DNA of 57,501 nucleotides from an uncultured Candidatus Saccharibacteria bacterium (GTDB lineage Bacteria; Patescibacteriota; Saccharimonadia; Saccharimonadales; CAYZZS01). The stretch spans positions 1-57,501 of the forward strand of contig CAYZZS010000005.1 in the NCBI GenBank assembly GCA_964483035.1, given 5' to 3'. Shown here piece by piece: positions 1 to 9,121 of the stretch; the first letter of the stretch is position 1; every line of letters starts with the position of its first letter. The notes beneath the pieces are model-generated. The model did no database searches, was not told the DNA's origin, and worked only from the letters and a program-made list of their open reading frames with translations. Both the position numbers and the translations under genes were made by a program.

Positions 1-224
1 GCTCCACCAAAGAGAGTGTCTCATCGCAAGATGGGGCTTTTTCTTTGGTTGACGGTTGATAAGGCGCTGCCCCGAAAGGGTGCGGGTTGCCAGTGGCAAT
101 CCGCAAGAGAGATTTCAGATGTAAACTTGTTTGCAATGTAGAAACCTCTAAACAGGTGAGCGAAGCGAGCAGGTACCCACCAGCTCCACAAAAGCACTCC
201 AGCCTCTGTTACTCTATATGGATT

Positions 225-545
225 ATGAGTTTAATTTTTAGAGTTGCTGAAGCAAAAATGGATAGATTTGGTGCCGAGCTTCAAACATCCCTAAGGGCTG
301 ATGGCAAAATATACGAAGATGTGACGCTTCGAAATCCTTTAGGTCTTGGGATGTCTACTTATTTGATGCGTGAGCTTAGGGAAGACGGTGGCCGTGGCCC
401 AGTCATAATTAACGCTAACTTTTCTGAATCATGGGGTTCATCTGTTCATAATGAAATATATGTGGAGCAAGACGGGGCTTTAGTGCCAGAATATGAATAC
501 TATTCTCCGCTAGGACTTCTTAGACGAGCAAAATTACTTGCATGA
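225..545 (+). CDS. hypothetical protein (start uncertain; ORF is open from TTG 87)
   Basis: Only long ORF in a visibly AT-richer stretch. No recognisable motif. ATG 225 preferred over TTG 87. Confidence 0.3.
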   Translation: MSLIFRVAEAKMDRFGAELQTSLRADGKIYEDVTLRNPLGLGMSTYLMRELREDGGRGPVIINANFSESWGSSVHNEIYVEQDGALVPEYEYYSPLGLLRRAKLLA

Positions 546-709
546 CTTGTGATTGGTCGACCAGACCATATGTTTGCAGAGCTTGACTACAGAGGTGCGT
601 TTGATCGTTCAGATGAAGACTAAGCACTGAGCTCTGTACCGTTAGATTTTCTGCACTTTATTGCTGTATTTAGTGCTACAATGCGTACCATAAAAAAGCA
701 AGGAGACAT

Positions 710-1663
710 ATGGCAAGCTACGCCATTGCTACCAAGGGTTTGCAAAAGTCATTCGGCGATTTACGAGTCTTGGACGGCATTAATCTCAAGGTCGAGCAGG
801 GCACAATCATGGCGTTGCTGGGGCCAAATGGTGCGGGGAAGACAACGACGGTGCGTATTCTATCCACGCTTTTAGAGGCGGATGGCGGGTCGGCTCAGGT
901 CGAAGGATATGACGTCAAGACTGAGGCAGACCAGGTACGCAGTGTTATCGGTTTGACCGGTCAATATGCTGCCGTGGACGAGTACCTGACAGGCAGGGAA
1001 AACTTACGAATGATGGGGCGGCTATATCACTTGAGCCGGGAAGATGCCCGTGAGCGCAGCGAGCAATTGCTGAAGGAGTTTGATTTGGTAGATGCGGCGA
1101 ATCGGACGGTCAAAACGTACTCCGGCGGTATGCGTCGGCGGCTTGATCTGGCAGCTAGCTTAATTGCTACGCCTCCGGTCATCTTTCTAGATGAGCCGAC
1201 TACCGGGCTAGATCCGCGGTCACGCCTGGCGATGTGGGATATTATCAAAAAACTGGTGGCCGGCGGGTCAACAATACTGCTGACGACTCAATATCTCGAA
1301 GAAGCTGATTTACTGGCGGATCGGATTGTCGTTATTGACGAGGGTAAAGTTATTGCTGAGGGGACAGCGAATGAGCTGAAGCAGCGAGTCGGCAAAGAGC
1401 GGATTGAATTTACGTTTGCAGACGAGCGAGATATGGAGCGTGCCGCGGCAGTGCTTGGCAAGGATTTTGTAGTGGCGGATGATCAGCGCAACACACTCAG
1501 CGTTGCGCATGACGGCGGCGTACGCAAGCTGAAGGCGCTGCTGGATAAGTTGGCCGAGGCACGGATTAAAGTCGAGGGGCTCAGTCTACATAAGCCGACG
1601 CTTGATGATGTATTCCTACACCTGACAGGCCATCAGGCTTCATCAGAAAGCGAGGAGAAATAA
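710..1663 (+). CDS. ABC transporter ATP-binding protein (ABC-2/DrrA-like)
   Basis: Walker A GPNGAGKTT, signature YSGGMRRR, Walker [20 protein letters not shown] upstream. Stop overlaps the next start (TAATG). Confidence 0.93.
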   Translation: MASYAIATKGLQKSFGDLRVLDGINLKVEQGTIMALLGPNGAGKTTTVRILSTLLEADGGSAQVEGYDVKTEADQVRSVIGLTGQYAAVDEYLTGRENLRMMGRLYHLSREDARERSEQLLKEFDLVDAANRTVKTYSGGMRRRLDLAASLIATPPVIFLDEPTTGLDPRSRLAMWDIIKKLVAGGSTILLTTQYLEEADLLADRIVVIDEGKVIAEGTANELKQRVGKERIEFTFADERDMERAAAVLGKDFVVADDQRNTLSVAHDGGVRKLKALLDKLAEARIKVEGLSLHKPTLDDVFLHLTGHQASSESEEK

Positions 1664-2481
1664 TGGCGGACGCGGTACTGCTTACTAAAAGTGTAGAGGC
1701 GGAGAGCAGGGGGCGTGTTGCCTGGATGGTCAGCGATTCACTGGTGCTGATCAAGCGGAGCATCCTGCACATCATTAAGAACCCTGATCAGCTGATGTCG
1801 GTAGCGTTTCAGCCAATCATGTTTACTTTGCTATTCCGCTATATCTTCGGGGGTGCCATCAACACCGGCGGGCCGTCATATGTCAATTTCCTGATGGCCG
1901 GTATTCTGGTGCAGACTGCGGCTTTCGGTGCTTCGTATACTGCGCTGGGCGTGGCAACCGATATGCAGCGAGGGATTATTGATCGATTCAAATCTCTGCC
2001 GATGATGAACTCTGCGGTGCTGATCGGCCACACAGTTGCGGATCTGGTCCGCAATACCATCTCGAGTGTCATTATGATTTTGGTCGGACTGGCGGTTGGC
2101 TTCCGTCCGAATGCAAGTATCATGGAGTGGATTACGGTATTCGGCATACTGATGCTGTTTACCTTTGCCTTTTCCTGGCTGTCAGCCATTATGGGCTTGC
2201 TGGCGAAAAGTGTTGAAGCGGTGCAGTGGTTGAGTTTCGTATTTATCTTTCCGTTCACTTTTGCCAGTAGCGCATTCGTACCAACGGAAGGCATGCCGAA
2301 GTACCTGAAGATTTTTGCAGATAATCAGCCGGTGTCGCAGGTTATTGACGCTATCCGAGCGCTGCTTATCGGTACGCCGCTTCGTAATCACGCCTGGATG
2401 TCGCTGCTTTGGTGCGTCGGCATACTGGTAGTCGCTATTCCACTGGCCAGTTACCTGTTTCGTCGTAAGACTAGCCGTTAG
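1663..2481 (+). CDS. ABC-2 type transporter permease
   Basis: Multi-helix hydrophobic protein translationally coupled to the ATPase. Size and layout match DrrB/ABC-2 permeases. Confidence 0.88.
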   Translation: MADAVLLTKSVEAESRGRVAWMVSDSLVLIKRSILHIIKNPDQLMSVAFQPIMFTLLFRYIFGGAINTGGPSYVNFLMAGILVQTAAFGASYTALGVATDMQRGIIDRFKSLPMMNSAVLIGHTVADLVRNTISSVIMILVGLAVGFRPNASIMEWITVFGILMLFTFAFSWLSAIMGLLAKSVEAVQWLSFVFIFPFTFASSAFVPTEGMPKYLKIFADNQPVSQVIDAIRALLIGTPLRNHAWMSLLWCVGILVVAIPLASYLFRRKTSR

Positions 2482-2486
2482 GGTAA

Positions 2487-3008
2487 GTGAAAAATGTTAC
2501 AGAGGCATTACAGTGTTCGTACTACTGTGTTGGCATGGCAGAGCATGAAAGGGGAGCTGGTCAAAGTCCAGAAATCAGAAATGATCGCTGGTTGACTCCG
2601 GAGGCCCAAAGGCTACTGCGGCGCTACTCGGACTTGATGCAATCAGCAGGTTTGTACGAAACGTTCAATACTATTATTCGTGAATCGGCCGAGCTGTTCG
2701 ATCATGAGAATGAGGTAAGTCAGTCGTGGCTGCAGTTGCAGTTTGCCGGTCCGGAGTTGCCGCTGGCGGTATTTAAAGGTGCGCAGATGTTCGACGAGGT
2801 GAAGCGGGAGTTTTATGGGGCGGAGTTGCTGCTGATGCGGGTAAATCCGCGTACTGGTGAGAATTTGCGCGAGCCATTCATCTGGGTGTGTCAGGTGGAG
2901 CGAGGATTTATCACGGCATCGGATGACTTAAATTTCAGCGACGAACAAGTGCAGTTAGTGGCGCGCATGGCTCAAGACCAGGAGGCGTTGGGTGTGTTGG
3001 ACGATTAG
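2487..3008 (+). CDS. hypothetical soluble acidic protein
   Basis: 173-aa ORF with a GTG start just after the permease stop (ATG 2535 is an alternative). No motif recognised. Confidence 0.5.
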   Translation: MKNVTEALQCSYYCVGMAEHERGAGQSPEIRNDRWLTPEAQRLLRRYSDLMQSAGLYETFNTIIRESAELFDHENEVSQSWLQLQFAGPELPLAVFKGAQMFDEVKREFYGAELLLMRVNPRTGENLREPFIWVCQVERGFITASDDLNFSDEQVQLVARMAQDQEALGVLDD

Positions 3009-3025
3009 CAGCCTTTGTTCGACAC

Positions 3026-3343
3026 ATGTCCTATACTGGAGATATGTTTACGGTTATAGCTCATGCGCCGGATGAGCGGTCATTGGTGTATCCGACGGTA
3101 GCACTTTTGGTATCCGTTGTGGGCCTCGTGGCGGTATTCTTGCTCGGCCGGCGTTCGAGAGACCAAGAAGGAAGCCGAAGCGGGCTGATCTACGGTGTCT
3201 TATCGTTCGTCTGTATACTTGCAGTACTGTACTATGGCTGGCTGACGTTGCATCTGTATAGGGAAAACCAGCGGGAGGAGGGAGGTGAGTTTTATCCGAC
3301 ACTACGGCATCCGCCCTTGCCGGACCGACGGAGCGAGCAGTAG
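3026..3343 (+). CDS. small membrane protein, hypothetical
   Basis: 105 aa with two hydrophobic helices (LVYPTVALLVSVVGLVAVFLLG; IYGVLSFVCILAVLYYGWLTL). Confidence 0.45.
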   Translation: MSYTGDMFTVIAHAPDERSLVYPTVALLVSVVGLVAVFLLGRRSRDQEGSRSGLIYGVLSFVCILAVLYYGWLTLHLYRENQREEGGEFYPTLRHPPLPDRRSEQ

Positions 3344-3372
3344 TCTAAAAGTATTATGGTAAGCTTATTAAC

Positions 3373-4452
3373 GTGAAGAGGCTTGCAATAAGTTCACTGC
3401 CCTGGTGGCTATTGCCGCTGGTAATCTTGCTCTTTGGCGGCACAATCAGCGGCGTTATTATCGCGCGCAACAGCGGGCAGGGTTCGGGAGTTCAAGCAAC
3501 TTTGCGCGAGTGTGTCGGCGAGGAGGCGGCCAAATTTGCCTGCTATCGGGAGCGCTTGGATACGCTGGTAGCTCACGAAAGTGTCGAGGCTGCCTTTGAT
3601 GATCTGAAGAGTTACTATGAGAAAAGCAGGTATGTACAGGCACAATGCCATCAATTGACGCACGTCATTGGCAAGGCAGGTGCGAAGCGCTATCCGGATG
3701 TAGCGGAAGCATACAAATACGGCGACAGTTTCTGCTGGTCGGGCTATCATCACGGGGTTATGCAGGAGATTGCTGCCCAGTTGGGTTATGAAAATATCAA
3801 GAATCAGGCAAATACCATCTGTGCCAGCCTTTCATCTTCGCCTGATACTCGCTACGGTTTCGATCACTATAACTGCGTGCACGGGCTTGGTCATGGCTTT
3901 ATGGGCGTACAGTCCAATGAACTGTTTACAGCGCTGAGCACCTGCGATGCCCTGCATGACTACTGGGAGCGGGAGTCCTGCTACGGCGGCGTATTTATGG
4001 AGAACGTTATGGCGTATCAAAGTGAAGATACCCAGACCAAGTATCTGAACAATACGGAGCCGATGTATCCATGTGCAGAAGTCGAGAACAAATATAAGAC
4101 GCAATGCTATCTGATGCAGACATCTCATGCGTTGGTGGTGGTCAATCAGGATTACAGCCGGGTGTTCGAGCTGTGCAGGGAGGTGCAGGCGCCATACGAT
4201 GCGATCTGCTACCAGAGTTTGGGCCGGGATGCTTCCGGCAGTACGGTCAGTGACCCGGTGCTGACCAAGCAGAAGTGTATGCTCGGACAAACTGCTCACG
4301 CCCAGGAGAATTGCATCATTGGTGCGGTCAAGGATTTTATTTCGTACTTCCGCAGCGATGCAGAAGGTCTGGCGCTTTGCGGATCGCTCGATACCGAACA
4401 GCTGAGACAGGCGTGCACTATAACGGCTAAGGATTATTACGAGTCATTATAA
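3373..4452 (+). CDS. membrane-anchored or secreted Cys-rich repeat protein
   Basis: N-terminal hydrophobic anchor (WWLLPLVILLFGG), then 16 Cys in a recurring C-x3-4-[HG] pattern (QCHQLTHVIG, NCVHGLGHGF, QCYLMQTSH, ICYQSLGRD, NCIIGAVKD). Confidence 0.6.
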   Translation: MKRLAISSLPWWLLPLVILLFGGTISGVIIARNSGQGSGVQATLRECVGEEAAKFACYRERLDTLVAHESVEAAFDDLKSYYEKSRYVQAQCHQLTHVIGKAGAKRYPDVAEAYKYGDSFCWSGYHHGVMQEIAAQLGYENIKNQANTICASLSSSPDTRYGFDHYNCVHGLGHGFMGVQSNELFTALSTCDALHDYWERESCYGGVFMENVMAYQSEDTQTKYLNNTEPMYPCAEVENKYKTQCYLMQTSHALVVVNQDYSRVFELCREVQAPYDAICYQSLGRDASGSTVSDPVLTKQKCMLGQTAHAQENCIIGAVKDFISYFRSDAEGLALCGSLDTEQLRQACTITAKDYYESL

Positions 4453-4462
4453 GGAGTAATTC

Positions 4463-4873
4463 ATGGGGGATCAGAATCAAAAGCGCGAAGAGCGCCAAAT
4501 AAAGAGCGGGGCAAAGCCGGCGATAATTATTGCAAGTATTGTCGTGGCTGTTGCTATGGTGGGAGCGGCAGTCATATTTACTTCAAAAGATGACAGTCAG
4601 TCATCGGCTACTGGCACTTCGCAAGCAAGCCGGAATGTGACCGCACAGGAGCTTGCAGAGTCGGACGGAAAAGACGGGCGGCCGTGTCTAGTGGCTGTTA
4701 GCGGTACAGTTTATGAGATCGAAGGGTTTTCTCTGTGGCAAGGCGGCGAACATCAGACATCCGGTGGTATGGCATACTGTGGTGCGGATATGACCGATGC
4801 GATGGCTCATGCTCCGCACGGTACGTCCAAGCTTGAGCAGCTAGAGAAAATCGGGCCATTAGTAGCGGAATAA
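4463..4873 (+). CDS. membrane-anchored cytochrome b5-like heme/steroid-binding domain protein
   Basis: N-terminal TM helix, then LAESDGKDGRPCLVAVSGTVYEIEG..LWQGGEHQ..APHG, typical of bacterial cyt-b5-like domain proteins. AAGGAG SD. Confidence 0.7.
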   Translation: MGDQNQKREERQIKSGAKPAIIIASIVVAVAMVGAAVIFTSKDDSQSSATGTSQASRNVTAQELAESDGKDGRPCLVAVSGTVYEIEGFSLWQGGEHQTSGGMAYCGADMTDAMAHAPHGTSKLEQLEKIGPLVAE

Positions 4874-4923
4874 ACAATGTTTCTTGACGTGTCGGCAGAC
4901 TATGGCCTACGCTGAAAGAGATT

Positions 4924-6195
4924 ATGATTACCAATAAAGTAACTCGACGCGCAAAGCGGTTGGCGCGGGTGTTAGTGCCCAGCAAGGAAACCGGACTGGG
5001 TGATATCAGGCCGGCGCTTGAGTATATTGAGCAATATTGGCCCAAGCTGGTAAAGCAGCAGCCGACGGATAACGGTACATTGATAGGCTTGCCGTACCCG
5101 TATGTCGTGCCGGCGGTCGGCATGACGAAGCATTTTAGCTTCGAGGAGCAGCATTACTGGGATACATACTTTATCGCTCTTGGCTTGATTGGTCCGCAGC
5201 ACCAGGAGCTGGTGGAGGGGATGCTGGAAAACCTTATGTATCTGCTCAAGCGGTTCGGTCTGATTCCAAACGCCAGCCGGATGTACATGACCAGCCGTTC
5301 GCAGCCGCCGATCCTGACCAGCTATATCTTTCTGGTATATGAGCGCTATCAGAAGCCGCTGGAGTGGCTACTTGAACGGATTGAGCTCGCAAAGCAGGAG
5401 TATTACAACGTTTGGATGGGTGACAGGCATCCGAATTGGCACTTGGTTCATAAGGGCTTGAGTCGGTACTACGACATCAATGTCCTGCATGACCTTGCTG
5501 AGGCCGAAAGCGGTTGGGATATGACGACTCGGTTTGAGCGAAAATGCCTGGACTTTTTGCCGGTTGATCTCAATGCCTTGCTGTACAAGTACGAACGGGA
5601 TTTTGCATGGGCGGCAGAGCTGGCGGGCAATAAAAAAGAGGCGGAACAATGGTTAAAGGCGGCCGCCCGGCGCAAGTCGGCCATGGATAAGTGTATGTGG
5701 GGCAAATTGCGCGGCTTTTACTTTGATTATAACTACCAAAAAGAAGAGCAGGGCAGTGTCTGGTCGCTGGCAGCGTATTACACCATGTGGTCCGGTATGG
5801 CGACCAAAGAGCAGGCCGCCAGAATGGTGGAGAACTTATCGAAGTTTGAAGTAAAGGGCGGCCTGGCAACGACAATGCGTTCCATGGTCGACTTCTCGAT
5901 GTTCGGCTCCCTAAAGACTCAATGGACGCGGCCGAACGGCTGGGCGCCGCTGCATCTGATAACTATTGAAGGGCTTCGGAAGTACGGATACCACAAGGAT
6001 GCTAGACGTATAGCTTTGAAGTGGCTAAAGACCAATCTTGACTGGTATGAGCGCCACGGTGAATTCCTTGAGAAGTACAACGTCGTGCAGCCGAACAAAA
6101 AACCGCAAGAAGGCGTGTATCCGTCACAGACCGGTTTTGGCTGGACCAACGCTGTTTTTGTCCGGTTGTGCAAGGAATACCTGGAAGATGTCTGA
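4924..6195 (+). CDS. trehalase (glycoside hydrolase family 37), cytoplasmic
   Basis: Both GH37 signatures are present in variant form: FSFEEQHYWDTYF and QWTRPNGWAPLH. Also SQPP and ESGWDMTTRF. No signal peptide. Confidence 0.88.
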   Translation: MITNKVTRRAKRLARVLVPSKETGLGDIRPALEYIEQYWPKLVKQQPTDNGTLIGLPYPYVVPAVGMTKHFSFEEQHYWDTYFIALGLIGPQHQELVEGMLENLMYLLKRFGLIPNASRMYMTSRSQPPILTSYIFLVYERYQKPLEWLLERIELAKQEYYNVWMGDRHPNWHLVHKGLSRYYDINVLHDLAEAESGWDMTTRFERKCLDFLPVDLNALLYKYERDFAWAAELAGNKKEAEQWLKAAARRKSAMDKCMWGKLRGFYFDYNYQKEEQGSVWSLAAYYTMWSGMATKEQAARMVENLSKFEVKGGLATTMRSMVDFSMFGSLKTQWTRPNGWAPLHLITIEGLRKYGYHKDARRIALKWLKTNLDWYERHGEFLEKYNVVQPNKKPQEGVYPSQTGFGWTNAVFVRLCKEYLEDV

Positions 6196-6355
6196 TGATG
6201 CGCCGTTGCCATGCAGTGACAAGCTGTCGTTTGATTCCAAAAAAGCAGCTGACGCCGCAGCGCTGACCGCCAAGTGGCAGCATGGAGCGGAGCTGAATTC
6301 CTACCGCTGTCGTCACTGCGGGTTGTGGCATCTTGCGAGCCACTCGGATACGTAG
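6188..6355 (+). CDS. small (55 aa) putative zinc-ribbon protein
   Basis: ATG overlaps the trehalase stop (ATGTCTGA). C-terminal CRHCGLWH plus N-terminal Cys. The upstream part of ORF 6038-6355 lies inside the trehalase gene and is discounted. Confidence 0.4.
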   Translation: MSDDAPLPCSDKLSFDSKKAADAAALTAKWQHGAELNSYRCRHCGLWHLASHSDT

Positions 6356-6370
6356 CATACTTGTTCCAAC

Positions 6371-6850
6371 ATGAGCGAACCCAGTTATACAATAAGAGGC
6401 TATAATCCGGATATCCTGACTTACGAGATTCTTAGCAATGAGCCCCAGGAGACTGTTGCGCGCGTTGAAGTGCGCGGCAGGGGAAACGTGATAACCAATC
6501 ATTTGTCTTATGTTGATATTACGATACAAAAGGGCGACGGCTATATCTTGGTTGGGGATGACTGGCACTTTGTTGAGGCAGGTGATACGGTGGAGGTTCC
6601 GCGCAAAACACCATACCAGTACGCTGGGGCGCTATCGATGCGTACCACGATTAGACCGATGTTGATACCTGAGACCGTAACATTTGGTGATGAAAAGCTT
6701 CCGCGCTATATTTCCCGATTGATACGTCAGGCATACCGAAAAGCTGAAGTCCGGCCTCTCATGCAGGAGTACTATGATAAGCTGATACATCCAACGGTCC
6801 AGCGAACGTTGCTGGTCAATGAGACTGTAGAGGACAGAATCAAATTTTGA
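6371..6850 (+). CDS. cupin-like hypothetical protein
   Basis: GDGYILVGDDWHFVEAGDTVEVPRKTPYQY resembles a cupin beta-barrel motif. Otherwise unassigned. Confidence 0.5.
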   Translation: MSEPSYTIRGYNPDILTYEILSNEPQETVARVEVRGRGNVITNHLSYVDITIQKGDGYILVGDDWHFVEAGDTVEVPRKTPYQYAGALSMRTTIRPMLIPETVTFGDEKLPRYISRLIRQAYRKAEVRPLMQEYYDKLIHPTVQRTLLVNETVEDRIKF

Positions 6851-6853
6851 GTC

Positions 6854-7504
6854 ATGGCTGAATTTGCACGGAGTGAAGAACTGGCAGTTGGGTTGTATGA
6901 CCGCGGGTGTCTGCAGTTTTTGGAAGAGCCGGTACGAACTAAGAGCGGCAGGCTGACTCGAATCTACTATGATCAGCGAGGTCTGATGTCCCTGGATCAG
7001 GGGTCAGGTCTGTCACTCTCCAGGCAGCTGCGTATTCGGCGTCTGGCGGTCGACGCTTACGTCTATCAAGTTAATGAGCTGCCGCACTCGTTCGAGCACT
7101 TATACGCTTTGCCGCAGTCCATGACACAACTGGCCGGTGCAATCGGGTATGTTGCTAATATGTCTACCCTGTGGGGTCGGGTCGGTACGAAAGATCATGG
7201 TATGCCAGCTTCTGTTCACGGTGACGTGCATGCCCGGGAAGAGGTAGTGATGCTCGATGACGTCATTACGTCGGGTGAGTCGGCTGGCGAAGGTGCGCGG
7301 ACGCTGGAGAATACAGGGTTGCTACCCGTCGGCTTAATTGCAATGCTAGATAGGATGGAGGGCGGCCGGGAGCGGCTGGAGCGGGAAGGCCTGGAGGTCC
7401 GCACTGCTCTTAGTCTGAAGGATATGGTCGGCATTCTGCATGAAGCGCGGCGAGTCAGTAGCGAGCATCTGGCGATATACGAAGAAGAATATGGTGCACA
7501 CTGA
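6854..7504 (+). CDS. pyrE: orotate phosphoribosyltransferase-like PRTase
   Basis: PRPP-binding loop VVMLDDVITSGES. N-terminal F..EPVRTKSGRLTRIYYDQRG resembles the OPRT substrate hood. Confidence 0.65.
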   Translation: MAEFARSEELAVGLYDRGCLQFLEEPVRTKSGRLTRIYYDQRGLMSLDQGSGLSLSRQLRIRRLAVDAYVYQVNELPHSFEHLYALPQSMTQLAGAIGYVANMSTLWGRVGTKDHGMPASVHGDVHAREEVVMLDDVITSGESAGEGARTLENTGLLPVGLIAMLDRMEGGRERLEREGLEVRTALSLKDMVGILHEARRVSSEHLAIYEEEYGAH

Positions 7505-7649
7505 TTGGCGCAACACGGCGGAGCGTTGTATAATTAATAAAATTATGAGAAGCCATCGTTCCTGCACCAGCGTCTGTGCACTGATGATGCCCTGCTAGGG
7601 CAGACTTCTTATTTCTCTCTTATTTTTTTAATCCTAACCTAAACAAAGG

Positions 7650-7655
7650 TACAAT
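7650..7655 (+). promoter_or_regulatory. -10 box TACAAT, 6 nt before the metG ATG (leaderless-type promoter)
   Basis: TACAAT at 7650-7655, ATG at 7662, no SD in between. Confidence 0.5.
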
Positions 7656-7661
7656 CAGACT

Positions 7662-9107
7662 ATGAATTATTATGTTACGACCTCGATTCCGTATGTGAAT
7701 GGTGAACCGCATCTCGGGCATGCCATGGAGTTCATCATGGCCGACGTGCTGGCTAGGCACGCCCGCAAACAGGGCAAGACGGTACTCTACAGCACAGGAA
7801 CTGACGAGCATGGCGGCAAAATTTCTGACACCGCCAAAGAGCTCGGCCTAACTCCGAAGGAGCTGACCGACAAGATGAGTACTGCCTTCCGGGAGTTGCA
7901 GCAGCAGCTGAGCATCAGTAATGATCGGTTTATTCGAACTACCGACGCCGGGCATGAGCAGCGTGCACAGATTATCTGGAAGAATTTGGCCCACGACATA
8001 TACAAGTCAAAGTACGTTGGCATGTACTGTACTGGCTGTGAGGCTTTTGTGACTGAGGCGGTCGCTAAAGAGAACGGCGGTACTTGTCCTAACCACAACA
8101 AGCCATATGAGCGGATCGAAGAGGAGAATTACTTCTTCAAGCTCTCAAAATATGCCAGGCGGATTCAGCAGGCGATTGAAGGTGGTACGCTGAAAGTTAT
8201 TCCGGAGACGCGTAAAAACGAAATACTGCAGGTGTTCAGTGAAGGGCTGGAGGATATCAGTATATCCCGTCCGAAAGACAAGATTTCCTGGGGCATACCG
8301 GTGCCGGGTGATTCGGGGCAAATCATGTACGTCTGGTTCGAGGCGCTGATGAACTATATCACGGTGCTTGGCTATCCTGAGCATGGTGATTTCAAACAGT
8401 TCTGGCCGGCGGATGTCCAGGTTATCGGCAAGGATATTCTGCGCTTTCATGCTGCCATCTGGCCTGGCATGTTACTGGGATTGGGCTTGCCGCTGCCAAA
8501 GGCAGTCTATGCCCACGGCTTCATAAACGTTAATGGCGGTAAGATGAGTAAGTCGCTCGGGAACGTCGTGGCGCCGCGAGAGATTATTGACCGCTTTGGT
8601 GCCGATGCGTTTCGCTACTACTTCCTGCGGCACATTCCTTCCTATGATGACGGTGATTTTACGTGGGAGCGGTTTGAGACAGTCTACAACAATGAGCTGG
8701 CCAACGAACTGGGTAACGCTGTGCAGCGAACGCTGGCGATGATTATGAAATATCAGAAGGGTATCATCGGAAATACTCCGCCATCAACCCATGATGTTAA
8801 GCCATATCTCGATGCGCTGGAGGAGTGTCGTTTTGACCGGGCGCTGGAGCATGTCTGGGACAGTGTCCGCAGCCTGAACCATTACATCGAAAGGACGAAG
8901 CCATGGAGTATTGCTAAGGGTGGCGATATGGCGCACCTGCAGGAAGTGCTGGCCTATCAGGCGGGCAGCCTGCTTCAGATTGCTGATCTGCTAGAGCCGT
9001 TTATGCCGGACACAGCGGCTAAAATCGTGCATATATTTGGCGAAGGTGTCGTCCGGCCGCTCGAGGGGACACTGTTCCCGAAGGAAGAGACGGCTGTCAC
9101 GGCATAG
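7662..9107 (+). CDS. metG: methionyl-tRNA synthetase (compact form without the C-terminal tRNA-binding domain)
   Basis: HLGH (EPHLGHAM) and KMSKS motifs. Class I Rossmann fold and anticodon-binding region. 481 aa. Confidence 0.95.
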   Translation: MNYYVTTSIPYVNGEPHLGHAMEFIMADVLARHARKQGKTVLYSTGTDEHGGKISDTAKELGLTPKELTDKMSTAFRELQQQLSISNDRFIRTTDAGHEQRAQIIWKNLAHDIYKSKYVGMYCTGCEAFVTEAVAKENGGTCPNHNKPYERIEEENYFFKLSKYARRIQQAIEGGTLKVIPETRKNEILQVFSEGLEDISISRPKDKISWGIPVPGDSGQIMYVWFEALMNYITVLGYPEHGDFKQFWPADVQVIGKDILRFHAAIWPGMLLGLGLPLPKAVYAHGFINVNGGKMSKSLGNVVAPREIIDRFGADAFRYYFLRHIPSYDDGDFTWERFETVYNNELANELGNAVQRTLAMIMKYQKGIIGNTPPSTHDVKPYLDALEECRFDRALEHVWDSVRSLNHYIERTKPWSIAKGGDMAHLQEVLAYQAGSLLQIADLLEPFMPDTAAKIVHIFGEGVVRPLEGTLFPKEETAVTA

Positions 9108-9121
9108 CGCGAGGCTGAGCA

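Noticed and set aside
1-45. The window starts with GCTCCACCA, which looks like a tRNA acceptor 3' end with encoded CCA. A hairpin (GTCTCAT-CGCAAG-ATGGGGC) and TTTTTCTTT follow. A weak echo, GCTCCACAAAAG, occurs at 182-193.
   Set aside because: Only 9 nt of the putative tRNA lie inside the window, so it cannot be verified. The echo is too short to call an att repeat.
6038-6187. N-terminal two-thirds of ORF 6038-6355, which overlaps the trehalase gene in another frame.
   Set aside because: It overlaps a well-supported CDS. Only the distal part from ATG 6188, which overlaps the trehalase stop, is plausible.
7563-7630. Possible terminator after the pyrE-like gene: two 5-bp hairpins followed by a T-rich tract.
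   Set aside because: The stems are short and weak. This is plausible but not strong enough to list as a feature.
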